DNA of 64,000 nucleotides from Bacteroidota bacterium (lineage in GTDB: Bacteria; Bacteroidota; Ignavibacteria; Ignavibacteriales; SURF-24), in NCBI GenBank assembly GCA_050258935.1, contig JBLMZS010000013.1:141190-205189 (forward strand), in the 5' to 3' direction. Position 1 is the stretch's first letter. The number at the start of each line of letters is the position of its first letter. Below are positions 37,616 through 46,393 of this stretch, piece by piece. A model generated the notes under the pieces. That model searched no databases and was not told the DNA's origin. It worked only from the letters and a program-made list of their open reading frames with translations. Made by a program: the position numbers and the translations under genes.

Positions 37616-38728
37616 ATGGACTATGATTTTGCAGTCATAGGCAGTGGTGTAGTAGGTCTTGCGGTCGCAGAACTGCTCTCTCGCAGGCACTATTCCGTTA
37701 TAGTCATTGAAAAGGAACAACGTATTGGTACCGGTATCTCCAGCCGAAACAGCGAAGTGATACACGCTGGTATATATTATCCGGCCGGATCATTAAAGTC
37801 ACGCCTGTGTATAAAGGGCAAGTACATGCTGTATGACTGGTGCGAGAAGAATAATGTCCCTCATAGACGGATAGGTAAATACATAGTAGCCACTGATGAT
37901 CAGGAACTCGGGCGCCTTGAGGCTATAAAGTCCCGTGCAGCAGAGGCAGGTATGACTGAACTGTATTTCCTGAGCGCCGGCGAAGTAAAGAAAAATGAGC
38001 CCGCTATTACCGTCTGCGGTGCGCTGCACTCACCTACTACAGGCATAATATCAGCACACGGACTGATGGATTCGCTAAAAGCGCACGCCGGTGAAAACGG
38101 TGCCGATTTCGTATTCAACTCCTTCGTTAAGACATGCCGGAAAAATTCCTCAAATTCCGGATATGAACTGGAAATCGAGGACAGCCGCAATGAAACCGTT
38201 CAGGTGGAAGTCAACGGTATAGTCAATGCAGCCGGTCTGAATTCGCAGAAAGTTGCTTCAGTACTGGGCGTTGACGATGAAGGCTACAGTATGTCATTTA
38301 CAAAAGGTAATTATTTCAGACTGCGGGGACACAACGGCATATTTAAAAAACTGATATACCCGGTTCCCATGCCAAAGCTGCACGGGCTGGGTGTTCACAT
38401 TACGGTTGACCTGGCCGGATCGGTGCGTTTCGGACCGGATGTTGAGCCATTGCAGGACGGTCTGGAGAATTATGATGTCGATGAAAGCCGCAGAATGGAC
38501 TTTTATACTGCTGTCAGGAAATATTTTCCGGCCGTGAGTCCTGATGATCTGCTGCCGGATATGGCAGGCATAAGGCCGCGCCTGGCGGCGAACAAAGATT
38601 TCAATGATTTCATTATCAATGAAGAAAGTCCCCGCGGACTCAATAAGGTCGTTAATTGTATCGGCATTGAGTCGCCTGGACTGACTGCATCGCTTGCAAT
38701 AGCCGAATATATAGAATCGCTGCTCTGA
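37616..38728 (+). CDS. FAD-dependent oxidoreductase, L-2-hydroxyglutarate oxidase-like (COG0579-type)
   Basis: Dinucleotide fold MDYDFAVIGSGVVGLAVAELL. SSRNSEVIHAGIYY. C-terminal GIESPGLTASLAIA. Confidence 0.65.
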   Translation: MDYDFAVIGSGVVGLAVAELLSRRHYSVIVIEKEQRIGTGISSRNSEVIHAGIYYPAGSLKSRLCIKGKYMLYDWCEKNNVPHRRIGKYIVATDDQELGRLEAIKSRAAEAGMTELYFLSAGEVKKNEPAITVCGALHSPTTGIISAHGLMDSLKAHAGENGADFVFNSFVKTCRKNSSNSGYELEIEDSRNETVQVEVNGIVNAAGLNSQKVASVLGVDDEGYSMSFTKGNYFRLRGHNGIFKKLIYPVPMPKLHGLGVHITVDLAGSVRFGPDVEPLQDGLENYDVDESRRMDFYTAVRKYFPAVSPDDLLPDMAGIRPRLAANKDFNDFIINEESPRGLNKVVNCIGIESPGLTASLAIAEYIESLL

Positions 38729-38793
38729 GGGCATGGAATCTGTTATTTTTCAACGCTGATTTTAGTATTTCCTTTTTTTTTCGATTATATTTC

Positions 38794-40335
38794 GTGTGTC
38801 AGTATAGTAAGTGTACTTCAATAATAACGGATGACTTAATGCAGCATAACGAAAGAGAAGCATTACTCGAAATTTACCGGGATATAACGCATAACATCGA
38901 TGAATTCCTGTACAGTATAAACCGCGAAAACGAAAAGGAAGATGTTTTTTTTACAGATGGCATCAAAATAATTACCGGTTATACATCTGAAGAAATTATC
39001 AGCCTTCCGGGCAGAATCTTCTCTCTCATTCATGCCGAGGATGCATTTGCGGTCAGGAAACAGTATTCTGATTTCGAAAATGACCCTCAGCGCAGTTCGT
39101 TGACGCTGATTTACCGCATAATTCACAAGTCGGGTAAAACTCTGTGGCTCAGGGATACAAGAAAGGCAGAGCGCTGCCACAACGGGAATATACTGCGTAT
39201 CTATGGTATTGCCTCAGATGTAACCGATCTGAAGGAAACTGAACTGGAACTTAAGAAATCGAGTGATCACCTCAAACAACTGAATGCAGCCAAGGACAGG
39301 TTCATATCAATCGTATCTCACGACCTGCGGGCCCCGTTTACAAGCATACTCGGATTCGCAGAAATCCTCCTCAATGAACCCATGCTGCCTGAAGAAGAGA
39401 AAAAAGAATATCTGAACTATATATACGAATCATCAAATACCCAGCTTCAGCTGGTAAAATATCTGCTCGACTGGTCGCGGCTGCAGCTCGGGAAGATCAG
39501 GATTGAACCGCAAAGAATAAAGGCAGCCAGCATAATAGAAAACTGCATTGCCGCTCTCAGCGGAAACGCCAGAAAGAAAGGCATAACCGTTAGCTGCAGT
39601 ATTAAAGATGATATTTATCTGAACGCGGACGAAAAACTCCTGAACCAGGTAATTAGCAACCTGCTGAACAACGCTATAAAATTTACGCAGGAAAACAAAT
39701 CTGTGGATATTTCAGTCAACCACTTCAAGGAAGGTTTCGTAGAAGTCGTGGTTCGTGATGAAGGCATAGGAATCCCGGAAGCCAATCAGGCCAAAATATT
39801 CAGATTTGACGAAAAATTCTCTACAGACGGCACAAACGGCGAAAAAGGCAGCGGACTGGGACTTACACTCGTAAAAGAAATTGTGGAAAAGCACGGCGGT
39901 GATATCTGGTTCTATTCTGAGGAATTCAAGGGGAGTGAATTTCACTTTACCGTCCCGGAAGCTTCCAGACTGGTCATTATTGTAGAAGACGACAGTTCAA
40001 CATTATCGCTGCTTTCAAGACTTGTCCGCAAAGCCATGCCTGGCTTTAATATTGTTGAAGCACAAAATGGTTATGAAGCAATCAACCTGATCATGCGTGA
40101 AATGCCGTCGCTTATTATTACGGATCACTACATGCCGCTTATGAACGGCACACAGCTTATAGAATCCGTACGGAAACTGGATTCCGGAGCAAACGTCCCT
40201 GTAATAGTCGTAGCAGGAATACTATCAGATGATATAAAAAGCAGGTACATCGATATGTGCGTCAGCATTTTCCTGAACAAACCCATCGAAGTCGGTACTT
40301 TTTCGCAGGCCATTGAAGAAGCTATTTCACTATGA
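38794..40335 (+). CDS. Hybrid PAS sensor histidine kinase with a C-terminal receiver domain
   Basis: PAS region, H-box FISIVSHDLRAPF, HATPase (NAIKFT, DEGIGI, GSGLGL), and receiver VIIVEDDSST…LIITDHYMPLMNG. An alternative ATG start lies at 38839 (MQHNE…). Confidence 0.85.
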   Translation: MCQYSKCTSIITDDLMQHNEREALLEIYRDITHNIDEFLYSINRENEKEDVFFTDGIKIITGYTSEEIISLPGRIFSLIHAEDAFAVRKQYSDFENDPQRSSLTLIYRIIHKSGKTLWLRDTRKAERCHNGNILRIYGIASDVTDLKETELELKKSSDHLKQLNAAKDRFISIVSHDLRAPFTSILGFAEILLNEPMLPEEEKKEYLNYIYESSNTQLQLVKYLLDWSRLQLGKIRIEPQRIKAASIIENCIAALSGNARKKGITVSCSIKDDIYLNADEKLLNQVISNLLNNAIKFTQENKSVDISVNHFKEGFVEVVVRDEGIGIPEANQAKIFRFDEKFSTDGTNGEKGSGLGLTLVKEIVEKHGGDIWFYSEEFKGSEFHFTVPEASRLVIIVEDDSSTLSLLSRLVRKAMPGFNIVEAQNGYEAINLIMREMPSLIITDHYMPLMNGTQLIESVRKLDSGANVPVIVVAGILSDDIKSRYIDMCVSIFLNKPIEVGTFSQAIEEAISL

Positions 40336-40442
40336 TAGCCGTTATTTCTGATCATTAAAACGGCTTAGACTGTGATTTGATTTTGAATTTTTATTTCTGA
40401 ACTTTATATTTATTACTGTTTATTTTAAAAACGGAAAAAGTA

Positions 40443-40979
40443 TTGTCTTTTACTAACTCAAATGAGAGCAGCATCCGGAAAGAAAAGCAATGGTATGCAT
40501 TCTATACTAGGCCCAGACATGAATTTGTGGCTGCTCAGCAAATCGGAGAAGCGGGCATTGAGTATTATCTCCCCACTGTTGTAAAAACCAGACAGTGGAG
40601 CGACCGGAAAAAACGCGTCACACTGCCATTGATCAGCGGATATATATTCATTCATGCCGATGAAAAAGACAGGCTTCTGGCTTTGCAGATCAGCAGCATA
40701 ATACACTGCATTACGTTCGAAGGCAGACCGGCTTCTATTCCTGAATGGCAGATAGATAATCTCAGGAGAATGCTCGAGAATCAGGGAGATTTCTTTATTA
40801 CTGATGACATTTCTGCCGGAACTACTGTGAAAATAATCTCAGGACCTTTTGAGGGTGTCATCGGAAAAGTTACTGATTCGGCAAACGGCAAAGTTATTTC
40901 TGTTTCCATAGAACTGCTGAAACGTTCGGTTACTGCTTTTCTGCCCAAAGAAAGCGTTGTCAAACATCTTGATACATAA
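40443..40979 (+). CDS. UpxY-family (NusG paralogue) transcription antiterminator
   Basis: NGN domain WYAFYTRPRHEFVAAQQIGEAGIEYYLPTVVKTRQWSDRKKRVTLPLISGYIFIHAD. KOW-like GTTVKIISGPFEGVIGKV. TTG start. Confidence 0.75.
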   Translation: MSFTNSNESSIRKEKQWYAFYTRPRHEFVAAQQIGEAGIEYYLPTVVKTRQWSDRKKRVTLPLISGYIFIHADEKDRLLALQISSIIHCITFEGRPASIPEWQIDNLRRMLENQGDFFITDDISAGTTVKIISGPFEGVIGKVTDSANGKVISVSIELLKRSVTAFLPKESVVKHLDT

Positions 40980-40989
40980 CACTAATGCT

Positions 40990-41988
40990 ATGAACCCTCA
41001 GAAAGAATTGTCCAAACTTATCAGAGGAGATTTCCTCGATCACTACCTGCTGGTCAGAAAGTGCGAGCCAAAGACCACGCAGCATAACAAGCCATACATT
41101 GTGCTTGAACTGTGCGATCAGAGTGCAGCGCTGACTGCATACCTGTGGGATATTCCGGATGAATTTGACTTGTCATCTATGTCAGGGGCTGTAGTCAAGG
41201 TATCCGGAGTAATTGAGGAATATAAAAGCCAGCTGCAAATCAGGATATCCGGCATTCGTCCTGCCTGCGGGGATGATGATGTCAGCCCGGAGGATTTCCT
41301 CGCAAAATCCAGAAGAGATTTTGTGGTGATGAAACGGGAGCTGGAAAACCGAATTTCCAGGTTCAGAAATGTATTTCTAAAACAGCTGCTTAAACAGATA
41401 CTCTCCGGAGAATTTTATGAACGGTTCCTGCGCGCCCCGGCCGGAAAATCATGGCACCATTCTTATATACACGGACTGCTCGAACATACACTTGAGATAA
41501 TAAAGATATGCGATTTCATGTGCGATATCCATCCGGAGCTCAACCGCGACCTGTTGATCAGCGGCGCCATACTGCACGATTCCGGTAAGGTCGAAGAACT
41601 CGTGTTTAATTCAGCATTCGACTACTCGGATAAGGGAAAACTGCTGGGACATATTATTATCGGAGCTCTCGAGATAAATGAAAAGGCAAACAAAGTTTCC
41701 GGTTTTCCTGAAGACCTCAAGGTCCAGCTTATTCATCTTGTACTCAGCCACCAGGGCAAGCTCGAATATGCCTCGCCTGTTGTCCCGAAAACACTCGAGT
41801 CAATAGTCCTTTATCAGGCAGATGAGCTCAGCGCCAAGACCAATGCGTATAAGAGTGCAATTATGGCTGAATCCGGCAGCAGCAGCAAGTGGACGAAACA
41901 CCTCAGTCTGATATCCACTGCATTATATATCCCCGACAACTTCGGTCAGGAAGATCCACAGATTGTGAAAACACTGTTTGATTCATAA
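40990..41988 (+). CDS. YhaM-like 3'-5' exoribonuclease (N-terminal OB fold + HD domain)
   Basis: The start is moved to MNPQKEL, 11 nt after the UpxY stop. OB-fold region YIVLELCDQSAALTAYLWD…VVKVSGVIEEYKSQLQIRI. HD domain HHSYIHGLLEHTLEI…GAILHDSGK. Confidence 0.75.
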   Translation: MNPQKELSKLIRGDFLDHYLLVRKCEPKTTQHNKPYIVLELCDQSAALTAYLWDIPDEFDLSSMSGAVVKVSGVIEEYKSQLQIRISGIRPACGDDDVSPEDFLAKSRRDFVVMKRELENRISRFRNVFLKQLLKQILSGEFYERFLRAPAGKSWHHSYIHGLLEHTLEIIKICDFMCDIHPELNRDLLISGAILHDSGKVEELVFNSAFDYSDKGKLLGHIIIGALEINEKANKVSGFPEDLKVQLIHLVLSHQGKLEYASPVVPKTLESIVLYQADELSAKTNAYKSAIMAESGSSSKWTKHLSLISTALYIPDNFGQEDPQIVKTLFDS

Positions 41989-42100
41989 GACTCAGAAAAG
42001 TAATATCAAAGGATATCAAAAAAGTTACAGTATAATATTGACATAGAAGGCGTAAATATTTATATTTAGGATTCTTAATAAAACATTTTTAAGGTAGGAA

Positions 42101-42352
42101 ATGGCGCATCATAAGTCGGCAAAAAAAAGAATTAAAACAACCGAAAGAAGAACCGCAGACAATAAATCTGCAATATCAAAAATAAAAACTTTGACAAAAG
42201 GCGTATATAACTCTGAAGACAAGGCCGGAGCTGAAGTCTTATATAAAGCTGCCGTATCTTCTATCGATAAAAATGCAGTAAAAGGGCGCCTGCACAAGAA
42301 TACAGCTGCCAGACAGAAAGCTGCCTTGACGAAATATATAAACAGCTTATAA
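42101..42352 (+). CDS. rpsT: 30S ribosomal protein S20
   Basis: MAHHKSAKKRIKTTERRTADNKSAISKIKT… 83 aa, strongly basic. Confidence 0.9.
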   Translation: MAHHKSAKKRIKTTERRTADNKSAISKIKTLTKGVYNSEDKAGAEVLYKAAVSSIDKNAVKGRLHKNTAARQKAALTKYINSL

Positions 42353-42420
42353 CAGCATTTTTTCCGTCCCCTCCTTTCTGCACGTTAGCCGAATAAGGGC
42401 CGGTTTGTATTCAAAAGTTT

Positions 42421-42478
42421 AAAAAGTCAAAAAGTCCACGCAGTAACCATGCTGCATGAACTTTCTTGACTTTTTTTA
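42421..42478 (+). terminator. Long imperfect hairpin plus T-run after rpsT
   Basis: AAAAAGTCAA (42421-42430) pairs with TTGACTTTTT (42466-42475). Inner pairings are AAAGT/ACTTT and GCAG/CTGC. Ends in T7. Confidence 0.55.
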
Positions 42479-42508
42479 TGCCCTAATGTGTATATTCAGG
42501 GCCCTGTA

Positions 42509-44023
42509 TCAAAGATCCTCTACCGTATCGATTCCTTCCGGCATCGGCAGGTAGAACTTCACCGGCTGTATGCTGCCGTCGCGCTTAATGATCTTTTCGA
42601 TATGTTTTTTTATCAGTACGCTGTGTTCGATGAAAAGATCATCTTCTATGACTGACCCGAATATATAACTGGTTCCTTTTATAAGTACATTTTTTCCGAT
42701 TATAAGCGGATATTCATCGCTGCCGGTCATATTGACACTGGACTCTATCCTGGAATTCTCCCCTATTTTGATACTCCCCTTTATTATGTCTCCCCAGAGA
42801 ATTTCCACATTATCACCTATGCTGAATTCCTGGTTCGGCAGACAGGACAGATGCACATTTTCCCACACAGTCACATTGCGCCCGAAACGTACATTGCTGT
42901 CTACGAATACATTCTTCTTCAAAGTAAGGTTATAGTTCAGTTTGACACCCTTTCCAATGTAGACGCCCTTGCCGATTTTTATATCCAGCGGCACACCGTT
43001 GCCATCGACATTCAGTATTTCCTCGATGATGCTTTCGTGTATGAAGAAATCCTCCGGATCTGCAATCTCTATAATATCCTTCAGTTTCTCGTAGGCATTG
43101 TTGCGGGCGATTGATTCCATTTCGCGCAGCACGGACTTGTTGTTGAATCCCATAATAACATACTGATCTTTCGGGCTGACGGCACCTACGCTGTAGTTTC
43201 TGGAATTAAACAGAGAGATCAGATCGGTTATATAGATTTCCTTCTGTACGTTGTTGCTTTTCAGTTCCGGTATAAGCTCTATCAGTTTTTTATAATTAAA
43301 GGCATAAACTCCCGAGTTGAACTCGTTATTTCTTATAAGTTCATCGCGCGTATAACAGTAGCGCCTGCCGTTGAACATGAGTTCATACGGCTTTTCAGCA
43401 TCGAGATGCAGTATATCCTTATGCTCCATGATCTCAATTACCTTGCCGGCGTCGCTGCCCGAAGGATTTCCGTCGGCATCAAACTGCTTTACCCTGATTA
43501 TTCTGCCGTAGCTGTTCAGAGCCGGATCACCCTCATATATGCCGGTAAGCACCATCATATCATCTCCGGATGATATGAACTTTTCCCTGAACATGTCCAT
43601 CGTCTCCCTGTCGATCAGCCCCATGTCTCCGGGCAGGACGTAAATGGTTCCGCTGAACCTGGCCGGATCGATCTGCTCGAGCGCAACCTGTACCGCATGT
43701 CCGGTACCGTTCTGTTCGGCCTGCAGTGCAAATACGGTCCTTTCTTTTTTCCCGATCACATCCATTACATCGCAGGCCTTTATGCCCACGACCATCACCA
43801 CATTTATATTTTCGCTGGCTTTTCTGCACGCATTAAACACTCTTTCTACAGTAGGTACTTCCCAGATTTTGTGCAGCATTTTGGAAGTCTGTGACTTTAT
43901 CCTTTTCCCGTGTCCGGCAGCCAGAATTATTGCAGCTTCACCGGAATTGTAATCGATACCGGAAGACAATTGTTCTATCATTTCCTGAGCAGGATTCTGA
44001 ACAGTTTCCTTAATTTCCATCAT
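42509..44023 (-). CDS. GlmU-like sugar-1-phosphate nucleotidyltransferase with a left-handed beta-helix C-terminal domain (long variant)
   Basis: AAIILAAGHGKRIKSQTSKMLHKI and QAEQNGTGHAV match uridyltransferase motifs. The C-terminal half has hexapeptide-like repeats (IGKGVYIGKGVKL…VRFGRNVTV…). At 504 aa it is longer than typical GlmU. Confidence 0.6.
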   Translation of the reverse strand: MMEIKETVQNPAQEMIEQLSSGIDYNSGEAAIILAAGHGKRIKSQTSKMLHKIWEVPTVERVFNACRKASENINVVMVVGIKACDVMDVIGKKERTVFALQAEQNGTGHAVQVALEQIDPARFSGTIYVLPGDMGLIDRETMDMFREKFISSGDDMMVLTGIYEGDPALNSYGRIIRVKQFDADGNPSGSDAGKVIEIMEHKDILHLDAEKPYELMFNGRRYCYTRDELIRNNEFNSGVYAFNYKKLIELIPELKSNNVQKEIYITDLISLFNSRNYSVGAVSPKDQYVIMGFNNKSVLREMESIARNNAYEKLKDIIEIADPEDFFIHESIIEEILNVDGNGVPLDIKIGKGVYIGKGVKLNYNLTLKKNVFVDSNVRFGRNVTVWENVHLSCLPNQEFSIGDNVEILWGDIIKGSIKIGENSRIESSVNMTGSDEYPLIIGKNVLIKGTSYIFGSVIEDDLFIEHSVLIKKHIEKIIKRDGSIQPVKFYLPMPEGIDTVEDL

Positions 44024-44187
44024 ACCCTCTATATTCTTTGTGTGTAATTATATACTGCCTATGCATGTTTTGCGGAACTTTTTGTTTAAATAATATATAT
44101 AAAATATTTAAGAATTGTATTTTAAATACAGCATAAAAAATCTATTTTTATGTGTTTAAACTTATAAAATAATATCTTGGAAATACT

Positions 44188-44655
44188 ATGATTCGGAAAA
44201 TTCTGTTACTGACGATGTTAATTCTATCATTCACGGGTTATACACCGGCACAGAACAGCGGCTTCGGTGCAGGGTTAAAGTTTGGACAACCTACAGGCAT
44301 TACCGCAAAATACTGGCTGGGCGGCAATAATGCACTGAGCGGATCGCTCGGATATTCGCTGCTTGCAGACGGCAAGTTCTACCTGAGTGTCGATTACCTA
44401 TATCATTCTTTTGGGCTGGTCAAGTCGACCGAAGAGTTTCCGGTTTTCTACGGATTTGGCGCCAGATTTATCGCTCAGGAAAACGACGGCGGTTCTTTCG
44501 GAATAAGGGGCGTAGGCGGAATATCATGGCATTCAAAGCAGTACCCGCTGGAATTATTTGTGGAGTTCGCACCGGTATTCAGACTGCTGCCTACAGCAGG
44601 ACTCGATCTCGATGCTGCGCTGGGCGGAAGATACTACTTCAGCATTTCCCAGTAA
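44188..44655 (+). CDS. Small outer-membrane beta-barrel protein (hypothetical)
   Basis: Has a signal peptide, Gly/aromatic-rich alternating strands, and 155 aa. Confidence 0.5.
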   Translation: MIRKILLLTMLILSFTGYTPAQNSGFGAGLKFGQPTGITAKYWLGGNNALSGSLGYSLLADGKFYLSVDYLYHSFGLVKSTEEFPVFYGFGARFIAQENDGGSFGIRGVGGISWHSKQYPLELFVEFAPVFRLLPTAGLDLDAALGGRYYFSISQ

Positions 44656-44668
44656 TTATCCCGGTCAT

Positions 44669-44700
44669 AACCACCGGTTTCTGGCCGGTGGTTCCATTTT
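44669..44700 (+). terminator. Rho-independent terminator
   Basis: AACCACCGG / CCGGTGGTT stem with a 7-nt loop, then CCATTTTGT. Confidence 0.6.
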
Positions 44701-44914
44701 GTCCCCCACAGAAGAATCCGGGGTTAATATATTCTGTTCTTTCAGATCCCCTGTTCATACCTTTCACCTCTTATCAGTTTTAATCGGAATTTTCTGGTAG
44801 TCGCCGGGAATATTCTGCTGAAAATATCTTCGTATTTTTAGTATATTTTTCTTTAAAATATTTTTTATACAGGACAAAAAAAGAATCAGTTATTATACTA
44901 AATACGGAAACAAA

Positions 44915-46207
44915 ATGAATTATTTGACAAAATATTTACTTCTGATTACTACGACGGGCATTGTTTTTCTGTTGTTATCATGCAACAATTCAGCTTTGAA
45001 TGCTCCAATCAATAATCCAAATTATGGGCCGAAAACCAGAGAACTGATCAGCATTGTTGATAGCAATCCATACATTAAATCATTATTGGAAAAATCCATT
45101 GCTCAGGCAAAGCTTGTCAATCCCGATAAAAATACAAATCCTGCTCAGACACTCGAAGAATATTACCAGTTCGTTACATGGGCAGAAACCTGCATGCCCT
45201 GGAGTATTCTGCCTAAGACGCCGTATTCTTCTTTATACGATAAGATAGACCAGAGTTTGAACTATTTCTACTTCATCAACGATCAGCCGCTGAAAGAGCT
45301 GGAGGGACAGGGATTCTACAATAACTCCCTGCAATATGTCAAACCATACAGCGACTGGCTCGTAAGCTTTGTAAAAGCATGGGGTCTGTATCTGGACAGT
45401 CCCGAATCATGGAATGATGAATACTATAAACTGGCTATGACCGATAGCAAGTTTGGCCTGTCGGCCGGCTGGTACGAAGATCCCTCTAACTGGAAATCGT
45501 TCAACCAGTTCTTCGCCAGATATCTGGCCTCTCCGGATAAACGCCCGATTACATCGCCGGATGACAACTCCGTTGTTATATCCCCGGCAGACGCCGTACC
45601 TCAGGGCATGTGGTCAATAGATTCAAAATCGCAGATTGTTCAGCAGGATGGCGTACCTGTAAAATCAGGGACTTTAACCTCAATTGAAAAACTGATCGGC
45701 GAAGACAGCCAGTATGAAAAAGAATTTGCGGACGGTATAATGACTCACACTTTTCTTGATGTGCAGGACTATCACCGTTTCCATTTTCCGGTCAGCGGAA
45801 CAGTCAGGGAGGTAAGGAATATTGCCGGACAGGACGCGGTAGGCGGAATCATTACATGGAACCCGGCAATACGGCGATATATGTTCGATCCCACAGTTCC
45901 CGGATGGCAGTCAATCGAAACGAGAGGCTGTGTAATAGTTGAGACAAAAGATTTTGGCCTGGTTGCAATACTTCCTATCGGCATGTCTCAGGTCTCTTCT
46001 GTAAAATTTGAAGATAATATTAAAGCAGGCCTCCGGGTAAATAAGGGAGATATGCTGGGATGCTTCCTGTTCGGAGGCTCGGATATTGTAATGATATTTC
46101 AGAAGAAGGCCGGATTTGCGCTGCAGCCTGCAACTGGAGTGTCTGCTGGTCAGTCCTATAATCATATGCTTATGGGTGAAAAGTACGGCGTTATGAAGGG
46201 TGAATGA
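44915..46207 (+). CDS. Lipoprotein of the phosphatidylserine-decarboxylase (pyruvoyl) family, long form with an N-terminal PSD-associated domain
   Basis: Lipobox …FLLLSC. The C-terminal PSD fold carries the self-cleavage-type motif GCFLFGGSDIVMIFQ and HRFHFPVSG. A ~200-aa N-terminal extension precedes it. Confidence 0.65.
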   Translation: MNYLTKYLLLITTTGIVFLLLSCNNSALNAPINNPNYGPKTRELISIVDSNPYIKSLLEKSIAQAKLVNPDKNTNPAQTLEEYYQFVTWAETCMPWSILPKTPYSSLYDKIDQSLNYFYFINDQPLKELEGQGFYNNSLQYVKPYSDWLVSFVKAWGLYLDSPESWNDEYYKLAMTDSKFGLSAGWYEDPSNWKSFNQFFARYLASPDKRPITSPDDNSVVISPADAVPQGMWSIDSKSQIVQQDGVPVKSGTLTSIEKLIGEDSQYEKEFADGIMTHTFLDVQDYHRFHFPVSGTVREVRNIAGQDAVGGIITWNPAIRRYMFDPTVPGWQSIETRGCVIVETKDFGLVAILPIGMSQVSSVKFEDNIKAGLRVNKGDMLGCFLFGGSDIVMIFQKKAGFALQPATGVSAGQSYNHMLMGEKYGVMKGE

Positions 46208-46393
46208 TCCTACTGAAACCCTTATTTACGATTCTGAATTGACTCAGGTATGTAGAATGCATTTATGGAAACCGATTTATTGCTGATGAAAAACCATCGT
46301 TATTCGGTTCAGCAACCATTGAATTGTAATTTGATTTTAATTAAGTTATGTGTGTGAACTTTATCAGTTTATTCTAACCTACGGAGGAGTTTA

